Assembly (NCBI GenBank): GCA_965287045.1
Contig: OZ336891.1
Location: 43,090,001 to 43,154,000 of the forward strand
Direction of reading: 5' to 3'
Origin: Carcharhinus amblyrhynchos
Taxonomy: Eukaryota
DNA: 64,000 nucleotides
In this document: in pieces, positions 13,591-64,000 of the stretch
Numbering within the stretch: the stretch's first letter is position 1
How the letters are laid out: each line of letters starts with the position of its first letter
The notes under the pieces: generated by a model
Database searches by the model: none
What the model saw: only the letters and a program-made list of their open reading frames with translations
What the model was told of the DNA's origin: nothing
Program-made: the position numbers and the translations under genes

Positions 13591-14319
13591 CTTAACAGCT
13601 AAAGTCCCCGGACACTGCAGATGCGATGAGCCTGACAACATCCCAGCAATTGCTGCGCACCAGAACTTGCCACTGCCGTCGCCAAGCTGTTGCTGGCAAT
13701 TTCACGCCACAAAACTCAAACACAATAAACTTCCACCAACAGCAAAACAAACAGAACTCCAGCCATGATTCCACCCACTGTTCACAAGGTAATTGTGAAT
13801 GATAAAGGCCATCAAGACCAGCTCATCCCATCCATCCCACAATGTCATACAAATATACATATTAGGAGCAGGAGAAGGCCATTTGGCCCCTCCATCCTGT
13901 TCCGTCATTTCATAATATTGCTTTTATTACACCCGTGACTACAGCTCAAAAATATTTAATTGGCTGTAAAGCGATTTGAGACCGTGTGAAAGGTGCCGTA
14001 TAAATGTATCATTACACCTGCATGCAACAGGCAAAGTGACCTAGGAATGGTGAAATTGGACACCCAAAGCTGATTCTCTAAAGATAATTAATCACAGGGC
14101 AAATAACTGACGTTAGGAAAGCGACTACAAAATAATCACTACATTCGCAAAATAATTCAATTCTGAAACTAATACAACCTTAGCATTCTTATTTGTCTGG
14201 TTCCAACTCGCACTCACACAATAGATGGTATCTGCTCCTTTTACGCTGATGACACCTTCCCCAGGGTGTTAACGTGGCATTTAAGAAAAAAGCACAGAAC
14301 ATTGCATTGTTAAATGACA

Positions 14320-14650
14320 AAGGGGTTTGGGGGTGGGGGGGGGGGGTGGTGGCAGGAGTGAGGTGATCGGCATGGGGGGGGTGGGGGAGGAGAGGGGTGA
14401 TCGACATTTGGAGGGAAGAGAGGCGAATGATGCCAGTGGGGGGCAAATTACGCTAGTAGTTGTGGGGGGGGGGGGGGCAGGAGGAAGAGGCAAACGACAC
14501 GGTAGTGGGGGAAGGGGGGGGAGAGGAGCGAATGACACAGCGGGGGAGGCAAATGACATGGGGGGGGGGGGAGGGTGGAAAAGGTAAACGACACGGGGGA
14601 ACAGGTGAATGAAGCGGGGGGGGGGGGGCGGCGGTGGAGGGAGGATAAAT
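14320..14650 (+). repeat. G-run-rich degenerate minisatellite (G-quadruplex-forming)
   Basis: Many runs of G4 to G13 separated by recurring G(C/T)RAAYGACA-like spacers. Confidence 0.75.
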
Positions 14651-16629
14651 TTAGCACGGCTTTAACAAGCTAGTTTCTTGGGAGATGGGGAAATAGTCAC
14701 ACAAATTTTGTACATTGTCAATTATAGGCTAAATTGGAAAGTGTAGTTAATAAATGTAAAAGCTCCACCCCACCACCTTCCTCCACTCCCCAGGTCCCCC
14801 CTTCCCCAAGCCCCACCCCACCCACCCATTTCCCCCAGCATACTATAGGCTCCAACATTTGAGATTTAACTTACCAATTTTCTAGCCAGAATACAGTCAT
14901 TCATGCGCTGCTACTGCTGACTGCTTTGGACAATTTTATGGTTTACTGGCGAGATTCTGAAAGAATCTGAACCACAAAGCTACCCAAAGGTTGGAAGCAG
15001 CAGCACAGCAACTCTGAAACAAAGCTGACAGAACAGCTTTACAAAAAAACTCAAAACTCGGCCTGAAAATATTTCTTTCTGAAGTTGGCCTTCCAGGTCT
15101 GAAGCTCTGCCTCTAGCTGCTTGGGCTGGGGAAGGAACAAGCTCAGATCTCACCTAACCCCCCACCCCCAGCCACACTGCTTTCACCATCTGCATTCCCC
15201 TCACCCAGGCCCTGGGTGACAGTATTACCCTTGATTTCAGGCAGCATATGACCAAGTGTGGTATCAAGGAGCCCTAACAAAATTGAACTTGAACAGACTG
15301 GGGCGGAAATTCTTCACCGGTTGGAGTCACATTTAATAAAAAGGACGATAAAGGCCAATCATCTCAGCTCCCAGACATCAGTGTAGAATTTCCTCACAGT
15401 ATGTGTCCTGGACCCAACAGTCAGCTTCTTCATTGTGCAGCACAATGGTGCAATGAACCCAGGATTCTAGTACTGAGGCTGCAGTACTAGACAATGCTGG
15501 ACACAGCACTTTAGGAAAGATGTGAAGACATTAATGATGGTGCAAAAATGATTGATGAGAACGTTCTGGGAATGTGATTTTAGTTAGGTAGATGAGTTGG
15601 AAAAGTTAGGGCTGTTCCCTTCAGAGATGTTGCTAACCACTGGACCACCGTGCCGCTGAGTGCATCTTCACACCTTTTTTTTTACTATTTATATGTCTAT
15701 AGAAAATTCTGGGATTCCTTTTTACGTTGGGATCTCTTTTCACACTCCTATCAGAGATGGTCTTGGTTCAGCACAAATGTTGGCCACATATCAGCCCAAG
15801 CCTGAATGTTGATCAAATCCAGTAGCAAGTAGCCAAGGGCTGCTTCATCATGAGAAGTCCCAAATTAAAATGCAATTATCAGCAAATATCCAGTAGAGGA
15901 GAGGTAATTAATAAAGCAGCTAAAAATGATTGGACTTGGGATACTGCCCTGAGCCACTGCCTATGTTTTTAAATCGAAACCATGTTCTTCTTCAGTTCAT
16001 TCACAATATGGGGAATGAACTGAATTGCTAGCAGATCCAGCATTTACTGCTCATCCTCAATTGTCCTTGAAAAGGTGTTGGTGGAGTTCTTTGCTTGGCC
16101 ATTTAGGAAAACAGTGGAGTGATCCACATTACTTGCAGGTCTGGATTCAAAAAGCCAGACTGCAAAAGGACAGATTTCCTTTCTGAATGGAAATCGCCTC
16201 TTGCAGCCTTTACATCAGTATTCAGGGTTGTGGATTCAGAGGTTAAAACACAGGACTAAGCAAACAGCCTCCAAACGTTCAATGAATTATAACCAGCAGC
16301 TACCAGGCTATAATCTACAGCAGTTGTTGTTTCTGAAATGGTTAAAATACCACTTTGTGGAGGAAATTGAGAAAGAACAGAAAGATTCCCTTGAGGCAGA
16401 AAGAAATTTGTTTAAGAAACGTGCAATAGGAACCAGGAAGTGTTCAGGTATAATTTGTGTTGATGGAGCATTACCTTGATTGATGTGCTCCTGGATGGGG
16501 AAAGTCTGGCAGATTTTTCCACTCTAGACCTCCAGATGCCTATTGGGCATCAGGTAAGGACAGGATTCTGCTCATTGGCAATACTGTACCACCGTCACCT
16601 CCATGTTCAGTGATGATAAAACGGACTGA

Positions 16630-17420
16630 CTGTACGAGTACCAAGTTTGCTGAATAACAGGAAACAGTGGTTAGAAGTTGTTTTTCTGACAGGAGCCTTG
16701 ATAGTATATAATGGGGTTCCACAGCGATTATTAAGAAGTCTGCTTTTCTTGATCTATGTCAAAGACCTAGACTTAGGTGTGCAGGGCAACTTTCAAAATT
16801 TGTGGATAACATTCAAGTGTTGTGAATTTAAATGAGGATAACGACAGACTTCAACAGGACATGGACAGACTAGCTAAATGGATGGATAGGGGGCAGATCA
16901 CACTTATTGCAGACAAGTGCTAAGTGAAACATTTTAGAAAGAAGATTGCAGAGAGCAATTTAAAATGAAGGATGCTGGACACAGCACTTTAGCAAAGATG
17001 TGAAGACATTAACGACGGCGCAAAAATGATTGATGAAAACGTTCTGAGTATGCGATTTCAGTTAGGTAGATGAGTTGGCAAAGTTGGGGCCGTTCCCTTC
17101 AGATATGTTGCGAAGAGATTTAGAAAAGGTGCTCAAATTCGTAAGTGGCCCAGCCAGAGTAAATGGGGAAAAAATGTTTCCCATTGGCAGAAAGGGTGAG
17201 AACCAGGAAACAGTGGTTCGCATCTGGAAAAGCACTCCCTGAGAGTGAGATTGAGATAGATTCAATTGTGGATTTTGAAAGAAAAATTGGATTATCTGGA
17301 GTAGAACAATTTCCCAATTACAGGGAAGGAAGTAGGGTGAAAGTAGCTGAGGAGCTCTCTCAGAGAAAGGACACAGATACCAGAGGCTGAATGATCACCT
17401 TCAATCAGCCTATAATTCTG
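16630..17420 (+). mobile_element. Heavily decayed CR1 LINE fragment
   Basis: GVPQ..L..LLFLIYV.DLD remnant and CR1 3' end. Confidence 0.75.
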
Positions 17421-17639
17421 TTGTTTCCCTCCTATTGCTTTCAACCAATGCTAGGTTTAAAAGGTGGGAACTGAAGGTGTGTGCAATTTTCTCCTCTGAC
17501 ATTTTATTTGATTCAGATTTCTTTCTCTGGGTGGCTTACCTGGAATGTGAGAACAATGGAGGAAGAAACGCACTGAAAAGTCCAGGGGCACGTAACGCAA
17601 AACCACAGCTGGATTCTATGAGATTACATAAAATGATGC

Positions 17640-17675
17640 AGACACAAAAAATACACAAATGTAGCCCATTTTATT
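17640..17675 (-). terminator. Probable distal polyadenylation signal
   Basis: AATAAA on the minus strand (plus-strand TTTATT at 17670-17675) followed by a GU/U-rich element (tttgtgtattttttgtgtc). Other AATAAA hexamers near 18804, 20826 and 22820 could be proximal sites. Confidence 0.6.
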
Positions 17676-18764
17676 GGTAACGCAATGCATTTTTAACATA
17701 TGTAGAAAATACTTCAATCAGAAGACAAGCTACTTTGGAAACCAAAGACAATATAACAGTGAATTACAAGATAAAACAGTTTCATCACAATGGACCCCTT
17801 TTCCCAGTTTAAAGTTAGTATTATGAACTTTTTTTTTAAATAACTATAATCTCTTTATCATTTGTTAAATTTATTATTTTACAATAACCTCTACAGTTTA
17901 ACTGCCAGACTACCATAGAAAAATCAATCATTTCTATGAGCTGCCTACACATTACATGTGATAATCACATAGCTATATCAAAAAGTAAGAAACCGCAGTT
18001 CATACAAGAACTAGAGTAGCAAATAACATTATACAAACCAGTCAAATAACCTATTATAGCAATATCAATGATACAAGCCAAGTATGCTACTAACAATTGT
18101 TGCATTCGCTACAATCATACTATTAAAAAAAACACTAAAGTTCACCCACATATGATTAGCATTAGTAAATGCAGACACATACAGCAAAATAATGAGAACA
18201 TGCTCCAGCCAACAGTAAATAATGACACACCCATATGTAATCATATATAAGTCAACCCTATAAATATATACTGTTTATATAGATTTTAAAGAGACAGTGC
18301 TTTTGCAGCCCTACACAGGTTATGTGAAACAAAATATCCTGGAAAACTGTTTGAATCAGTGCAGCAACTTTAAATTCCCGGAAATGTTCAGTTGAACTTA
18401 AATCAAAGTTGTTATAATGATCTAAAAATAAAGAAAAATCAATGTTTGGCTGTACAATTAGCTTGAAGTTATCCATGATTAATCTCGCTCTAAATCACAA
18501 TCCCGCCATCCTCCCTTCAAAAAAATAGCAAGCAGCTGCGTTTGTATTTAAAAGTGGCTGTGATAAGATTCAATAGGTGTTGCTTAGATCCCATGTCAAT
18601 TGTTTTGGATACAACCAGTGTGGGCCTCGGACTATCTCTTTAAATGTACATTTTAGATACTAAATGACTTACACAGGATACAGATGGTTTTCTTACAAAA
18701 CATTGACAAAAAGTTTGTTACAAAGTAGTACGTAAAGGTGCGAGGACACTGGCAGGTTTACCTA

Positions 18765-18793
18765 CAGGTCAGTTTGACCTGCTTTTAAGGTCA
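18765..18793. promoter_or_regulatory. Perfect palindromic estrogen response element CAGGTCA-gtt-TGACCTG plus an extra AGGTCA half-site
   Basis: Exact match to the AGGTCAnnnTGACCT consensus at 18766-18780 with palindromic flanks; third half-site at 18788-18793. Function not shown. Confidence 0.5.
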
Positions 18794-20251
18794 AAACCAG
18801 TGTTTATTCCTTGGGCAAATGTTTTCATAAATAAAAGTAAACTTCCAAAAGTTTGCATTTTGCTCCTCCCCACAAGAAAATCCCACAGAAATTTACCGTC
18901 CCAAAAGCAGGTTTGGCCATAAAGAATCCAGGGCTGGGCAGAAATCTAACAGGGCGGGAGTCTCCAATGGCAGCATTTGATAGTAATCAACAGTAGAAAC
19001 TCAGCCTGTCATTAGTATTTTCCTGTGCTGCTAATTGTGGCCACTCCATGGAAATGGAGCAGCCCTCGTTTGTAGACAGGATAAAAGACAATGTGCATTT
19101 CAATCTGCAGCAAGTGCATTTTCCAATGACAGGACGTGGAACAGTAATTGATAGCAAAGATTACAAAGTGCATATCTGTAGTTTTTAAAAGATTAGATTT
19201 TCTTCAATCTCGTGTGCATGACTGTTAGCTTTATAAAAAAAAGTTCCATTTCATAGGCCAAACCTATCAAAATGCACTTCACTGCACCAAAAAGAGAGCT
19301 AATACAGCAGGACTATGAAATGCCACATCATGACAGCACTTTGCACAGTCTTGGTAGAGGTAAAAGTGGATTATTTGGCTCAGTAGGATTTCAATGCAAA
19401 AGTTACAGGATGTCAATATATCCACTCTCTGAATTCTAGAGGTTAATCCAGAAAGGACCGGGACAGGAGGGATACAGGAAATTGGAGATTTGAGAGATTG
19501 ATCAAAATGAATATGACACAAAGCAGGGAAATTTAGCCTCTGCAAAATATTGAAGTAAGAATTACCAGACTTGAGCACCACTTTACCTCCCCATGAATAA
19601 GTGAATCACATTAACCTACTCAATGCAACACAACTTTGCTGTGCAGATTTTGCCTGCCTTTGGAGCTCTCTCCACGCCACTGAAGGTGTGTGCCTGCATG
19701 CTAAACCCAAATACAAAACAGGATTCACACCTATATTGTGCTCAGCTTAGAGAGAACAATATTCTTTTAATGGTCTAATTAGTCTATCCTCATACCTCGG
19801 CTTGCTTATACAAACCCAGCTTGTGATGATTAGAAAGCATGTGTTTCAATGCTCTTGCTATCTAAAAAGGTTCAGAAGATGGAGTGCTCTAAAAATTTCA
19901 TATAAATATTTAACCTGGTTACAGAAGCATTGATGGAATGTTTGTTTCATGTTAGAAATTTAATTTTCTTTCAAACAAAAACATCTGAACCAGCAGGTTA
20001 GTGTATTCTGTAAACCCTCACATTTCTACCAGTTTGTCATTTTATAATGCTGGTATTGCGTGTGATAAATTTGAACGTAGAACTGTGCTCTCCAAATGTA
20101 CGCATAAGGACTAAAGCCTTTCCTACAGAAACACCCACAAAACACCATCTCCTGTTCAACCTTGAAACAAGACAGGTTTTGCAACACCAGAGGTATTCGA
20201 CATAGGAATTTTCAAAAAGCCATTTCTCTGGGAATTTGCCAGGCATTCATA

Positions 20252-20306
20252 CATTAACATACGTTGCCAAGCACACATTAACGTACGTTGCCAAGCACAC
20301 ATTAAC
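20252..20306. repeat. 24-bp tandem duplication within the 3'UTR
   Basis: cattaacRtacgttgccaagcaca twice, plus a partial third copy. Confidence 0.9.
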
Positions 20307-23246
20307 ACCTTGCAACCTTATGAAGTCAGGGCATGAAATAAGAGAGTAAGAAAGAAAACAAAACAAAAATGGCTTTTATAAACACTTTCAACAGCAAATA
20401 AGGGAAGTAGTGTATGAAGCACTTTCCTTTCAAATACAGAGTGGAGCACGGAGCAGCTATTTTGCAAACAAGAACATCAGCTTGTTGGAATGAATAGCAG
20501 AATTTTTTTTTTATAAGTTGTACATTAAGATTAGCAAATACTTGCATATCTGTTAAGCAATACCACTTATTCCATGCCCTGCAAATGAGGCAGAATAAAT
20601 AGCCTTTTCTTTGGTGTGATGAATATGTGCTTTACAGGCAGTTTGCCTGCATGAAGCCAAAATCTGGGTAGTCGCCTCTCAAAGGGTTTACTCAGAACAG
20701 CATCCCACTGCCACAAAGAATGTTAGCATCCATAAACTAGTGAAAAATAAAGTTAAAAAATTACACATCTATAAAGAACCACAACCACCTAAAGCTAATT
20801 GCACATATTTTTCCTCGTTCAAAAATTTATTAAACAAACCAAAATACTGCACTATCTCCACACAAATACGATATACGCAGCCATACCATTGTGACTTAAT
20901 AAGGTAAAAATCAAAAGGAATTGAAGTTCAGAAGACAGTACATGGATACATGCATTTTCACATTCTAAGTAGCTTGCTGCATTAAAAAGAGCATATAATT
21001 ATATGTGCCAAATGAAAAGAAAATAAAAACTTCAAAAGGGAAATAAGAATACTGTTCTAAATTCCATCTCCCTTTCTTAAAACTAAAATAAACATCAATT
21101 AAAATACTCAACTGATTTAGGTTATAAAAACACCAACTTCAACGATTTCAAATCTGTTTCCACAGCACAATACCCTTTCCTGTGCTACCCTCTCATCACT
21201 TTGTTTTGTACTCCCGAGAGGCCTTCCATGCACACACAAGTCCAAATGATCTAACTGTAACAAGTTGGGATTTTCTAAAGCACAGTGTAAAAGTTTTAAT
21301 TTAACGTACTATGTAAAAATCTGTTAAGGCACTAACTAGGGGAAAGAACTCATCAAATAAACCCCCACAACATTCACACCTGTGCAAAAACTGAGTCAAA
21401 GAATTACTCCCATCCAGAACACACAGATGATGCCTGTTCTGCAACCACTTTTCAAACACAATTACTTTTTCATCAGTGCTACAACATTTACTAAAGTTCC
21501 AAAATGTATCTAAAGACATTGCATGTACATTCCAACATGTTCCAACTTAATTTCTCTTAAAATGACAGGTACATAAAAAAAATCCCTCTGGGTGATCATG
21601 TAACTAAATCTTGAGTTACTAGAAATACGGAATTCAAGTATCATAATTTATATTTTCCATCAAAGACTGTTGTAGCTAGTTCTGTTGGAAGTTAAGAGTC
21701 ACATGTCTTGCTTCTGCAGCTCTGATGCTAAAGCTGTATTAGTCGCTGGAACTAATCTAACTAGACCTATACATAAATAGGATATTATAACACTAATGTC
21801 ACTTTATCTTCCACAAGCGCAAATGACCTAACAAAAAGCCACAGGCACTAGTGATTGAAAGTCTTTAGTGAACTGATGAGTAATAGACCTTCAATCCTGT
21901 GTGACACACTAAGGGAATATGTTAGAAAGGAGAGATCTCAAAATGGTTCAGGAACATGATGTGGAATATGATTTAACATCAATTTGGGATGTGTGCATTC
22001 ATATAGTTCTCAGTTATGTAAATCAGCACTGCTGATGCCCAAATGAAAGCTACACGGCACACTAAGGTTCTGGCAGTGATGTAAGTGCCAGAATATACAC
22101 TTCGATACCGTGTCACTACTTTGAACACAGGTATGTGCTGTACAATTAAAATTTACACCTGTTCTCCGCAGGATTAAAGCACAAGTGATTTGGAAGAACT
22201 TACTCAATTTTTTTTTAAAGAGTACGGCAGTGACCCCTTTTTCACCCGATTTCCCAACTTTAAGACAAGCTTCCTAAAATCATTTAACGTGAGCCGTACA
22301 TCTTAAGTCATCAAGAACTCAGCAGCTCTTGACCATGATGAAAAAAAACAGGCAAGAGAAGTTTACAGAAGCAACTAGATAAAAGTATGTTCACAGAAAC
22401 AGTGATTAAATGGCTCTTAAGCCTGCAGCTTTAAATAAAGCTCACTAATCCTGTATGGACGGCAGCTCCATCAGCATATCACAGCTGACTGAAATGCTCA
22501 TGGGAATCATTTCTTACCAGAGCAGGTCAATCTGTTTTCATACTTAATTACACTTCGTACTGTTCAGAAACCAATACTTTAAGAAATCCAGATTAATACA
22601 AAGTTAATATTGTGACAATACTCTAAAAACGTGACATTCCAAACTATTTTATACACTTTTCAAAAAATGTCATCTTTTCTTTAAGCCCTTTCACAAATGT
22701 TGAAAATAAACTAAAACAGTGATATGCTTGGAGGCGTCCATTAATGCGTTACATAAATCAGGATTAGTTTAGGCTTCAACGTTCCAATCAAATCAAACAG
22801 GGCATCCATTACTTCCCATTTTATTATGTAATAGGCCTAGAAAAAATGCATTCTTCAAACTTCCCAAGCAATAGTATTAACACTTTCAGCAGCATAAACC
22901 CATTTCAAGTAGCAGTTTCATCAGTGTGTTCAGGCAAAGAGCTGGCTAAAGTAAAGCAACAGTACATTTAAAAACAAACAGCAATTCTGTTGGTTCTGAA
23001 AATTCTCAAATTATTGTAAAATGTATTTAAAATGTGGTCTATTTCCAATGTCCTTTTTTTTAAAAAAGGTTAAAAACCAAGTCTCCTCACTGCTGGATGT
23101 TCTGCAGACATGTGACCCAGTTCGGAAGCAAAACATGACACCACAGAAGAGTCCTGTCTAATGGAATGAAGCGCACTCCTCCTTCATACAAAACTGGATT
23201 AGTCTAGATCTCATACAGTAGCACAGCACATTTGGAAATAAGAGAG

Positions 23247-61418
<38,172 letters not shown>

Positions 61419-61679
61419 TTATTCAGTCAGCAGTCTGCTCTTTGCAACGCAACACCATGGTATACTTGATAACAAGGAAAAGTAATTCGCAATAGCACCA
61501 ACATCGCACAATGCCCTGTAGCACAAGTTCTCTTCAGTTTCTTACTCCCTTTTCAAATTAGCAAAAGGTTAGTCCAGTCCATCCAAGAATGAATGAAATT
61601 TCCAGTTGCTTGCTGAACAGCTGTTTGTACTTTCAACTCCTCTCTCTGACATTTCAATTCCATTTTAAACAGTGTTAAA

Positions 61680-62030
61680 AGGCAGTGACAGTGATATTGT
61701 CACTGGACTAGTAATCCAGAGACCCGTGATGATGCTCTGAGGACTTTGGTTTGAATCCCAATATGGCATCAGTTGGTGAAACTTGAAGTCAACAAAACAT
61801 CTGGAATTAAAAGTCTAATGATGACCATGAAACCACTGCTGATTGTTGTAAAAAAAAATCACCCGATTCACTAATGCCCTGCGTCTAACCTTAACAGGGC
61901 TGCCCTAGAAGTGACTCCAGAGCCACAGCAATGTGGTTGTCTCTTAAATTCCATTTGCTAAAGGCAATCAGGAACTAGCAATAAATGTGTTGCCTTGCCA
62001 GCTGCTCCCACATCCCATGAAATAATAAAA
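61680..62030 (+). mobile_element. SlmI/MetaSINE-like SINE
   Basis: ggactagtaatccagagacc head, atgaccatgaaacc domain, shared LINE tail. Confidence 0.7.
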
Positions 62031-63109
62031 AAACATAAGGATGATGTTGTAGTTGTTGTAGGACAATCATCTTAGTTCAAGGACATCATTGGAGAAGTTC
62101 CTCAAGTCTGACATCATCAGTGGCTTCATCAAGGACTTTCCCATCATCATGAAAGTCAGAAGTGGTTACTGATGATTGCAGCTTGTGAAGTTCCACTCTG
62201 AATTCCTCAGATAATGAAACAGTCTGTGAAAAGACATGAACAAATCCAGGCCTGAATTGTTGAGTGGCAATTAACATTCACACCATGAAGCCAGGGAATG
62301 ACCCTCTCCAATAAGAGGAAGAATTACAAGCACTTTGAACGCTCAATCCTTTGAAACCCACAGCATCAACATTCTAGGGGTCACTTCATTGACCAGGAAT
62401 GTAACTGCACCAGCCACATAACAGCAGGTCAGAGGTTAGGTATTTTGCAGGAAATAACACACTTTCTGAACCCCCTAAGCTACACCACCATCTAAAAGAC
62501 ACAAGTCTGGAAAGTGACGAAACACTCTCCACTTCCCTAGCTCAGCACAACTCCAATAACACCCAAATAAGGAGAGCGTGATTATAAGATTAGAGAAAGC
62601 TACCGAACTAGGGAGGGGGATTGACCACAGCTACATTTAAACAGCATTTAAAATGTTAAATTGAAGGCATTAGGACCAAGAGTCAATGAAGGCAAAGTGA
62701 TGGACAAGAGTAAGACTTGGTGCGATAGATACAACATTCCGGTTTTGATGAGATGAAGGTACAGACGATAAAAAAATTGAGGACTAGCCAGGGCAGCGTT
62801 AGAATAATCAAGTGGGTGGTAAAGGTGTGCATTTAAGCAGATCAAGATGAAGGCAGAAACAGGCCCCACCATGATAGGTAGTCTTTGTAATGAAAAACTT
62901 AGTTCAGAACAAACAGAAAGCCCAAGAAGCAAACACTTCAGTTTAGCTCAAAATGTGGATTGGGAGGGGAATATTGTCACTGGTGAAATAGCAACACAGT
63001 GGAAGTTTTGTCTAGGAAGAACGAACTGAAATTATGCCAATAGATCAAGACAATAGATATTTTGATTATGACAATTATGGCAATAGATTATGACAAGAGG
63101 GGTTGGCAC

Positions 63110-63485
63110 ATTTTCCATGGAGATAAGAAGGCTGAGGGGAACACTTGACAGAAGTATTTAAGATCCTGAGATATGAACAAGGAAATTGTAAGGAACTGTT
63201 CCCACTCAAGACAACATCAAGGGCTAAAGGGCACAGCTTAAAAATAATTGGCAGAGGAGTAGAAGTGATGCAAGGAAAAATTGGAGTCTGTAACAAACTA
63301 CCCGAGAGGGTGGTGGGGGCAGGTTCTTTCAAGGTATTCAAAAGAGAATTGGATTGCTAACTGAAAAGAACAAACACGCAAGGTTATGGGCAGAAGACAG
63401 AGGAGTGGGACTAGGTAGAATGCTCTTCCAGAGAGCCAGTGTACATTTGATGGGCTGAACAATCTGCTTCTGCACTGTAAACATT
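63110..63485 (+). mobile_element. Decayed CR1 3' fragment
   Basis: EVFKIL..LFPL...KGHSLKI..VFKRELD remnant. Confidence 0.75.
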
Positions 63486-63635
63486 TGGTGATTTTGTAAA
63501 GAAGTTTACTTCAGTTTTCCCAACGTCACCTAGGAGAAAAAGATGGGTTATTCAAAACTATGTTGGACAAGCTGTCCCAGTACAAGTACAACACTGAGAT
63601 CTCCCAGCATTGTAGAAAATTGCTAGGAACGTCTT

Positions 63636-63978
63636 CATAGAATCCCTACAGTGCAGAAGGAGGCCATTCGGCCCATCAAGTCTCCACCAATACTCTGACA
63701 GAGCATCTTACCCAGGCACAAAGCCATAGCCCGTAACCCCATGTATCTACCTCATTAATCCCCCTAATCAGCACATCTTTGGGCACTAAGGGGCACTCAG
63801 GAAAATCCACATAACTTGCAGATCCTTTGGATTGTGGGAAGAAATCAGAGCACCCAGAGGAAACCCACACAGACACAAGAAGAACGTGCAAACTCCACAG
63901 TCACCCAAGGCTAGAATCGAACCTAGGTCCTTGGTGTTGTGAGGCAATAGTGAGGCTAACCACTGTGCCACCGTGCTG
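63636..63978 (-). mobile_element. HE1-like V-SINE
   Basis: catagaatccctacagtgcagaaggaggccattcggccc tail through to ctaaccactgtgccaccgtgctg head. Confidence 0.88.
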
Positions 63979-64000
63979 TCTTGTCCACAAAAAGATAAAC

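Larger units (their letters stand above)
17650..23246 (-). other. HIPK1: Probable long HIPK1 3'UTR (about 5.6 kb)
   Basis: AT-rich block with no recognisable transposon, directly after the stop codon. It ends at a good poly(A) signal, beyond which repeats resume. Confidence 0.7.

Noticed and set aside
14189-14657. Pro-rich and Gly-rich ORFs on both strands
   Set aside because: By-products of G/C homopolymer runs; no splice or homology support
20252-20306. 24-bp direct repeats considered as CRISPR-like
   Set aside because: Adjacent tandem copies without spacers, in a vertebrate 3'UTR

Overview
Eukaryotic (vertebrate) genomic DNA. The SINE/LINE complement (HE1-type V-SINEs, CR1 LINEs, a DeuSINE, Penelope elements) points to a shark or other elasmobranch. 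The main content is the 3' two-thirds of HIPK1 (homeodomain-interacting protein kinase 1) on the minus strand. Thirteen coding exons were reconstructed by hand (61295 down to the stop at 23247; 2415 nt, 804 aa, all splice phases consistent). They are followed by an apparently repeat-free 3'UTR of about 5.6 kb ending near 17650. The 5' exons lie beyond the window. The introns and positions 1-17400 are dominated by retroelements and MITE-like elements, and most ORF-track ORFs are TE-derived or spurious. Most notable observations: (1) minimal hammerhead-ribozyme motifs and long fold-back arms in three Penelope-derived elements; (2) a perfect 17-bp palindromic estrogen response element in the 3'UTR; (3) a GC-AG intron and a NAGNAG acceptor on the same exon; (4) a HIPK1-specific cassette-like exon with QKI/RBFOX motifs; (5) an in-frame 12-bp coding duplication; (6) a local 140-bp templated duplication with asymmetric CpG loss; (7) two orphan exon candidates. 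No clearly new biological system is demonstrated. Repeat boundaries are approximate and family names come from recall, not database searches.
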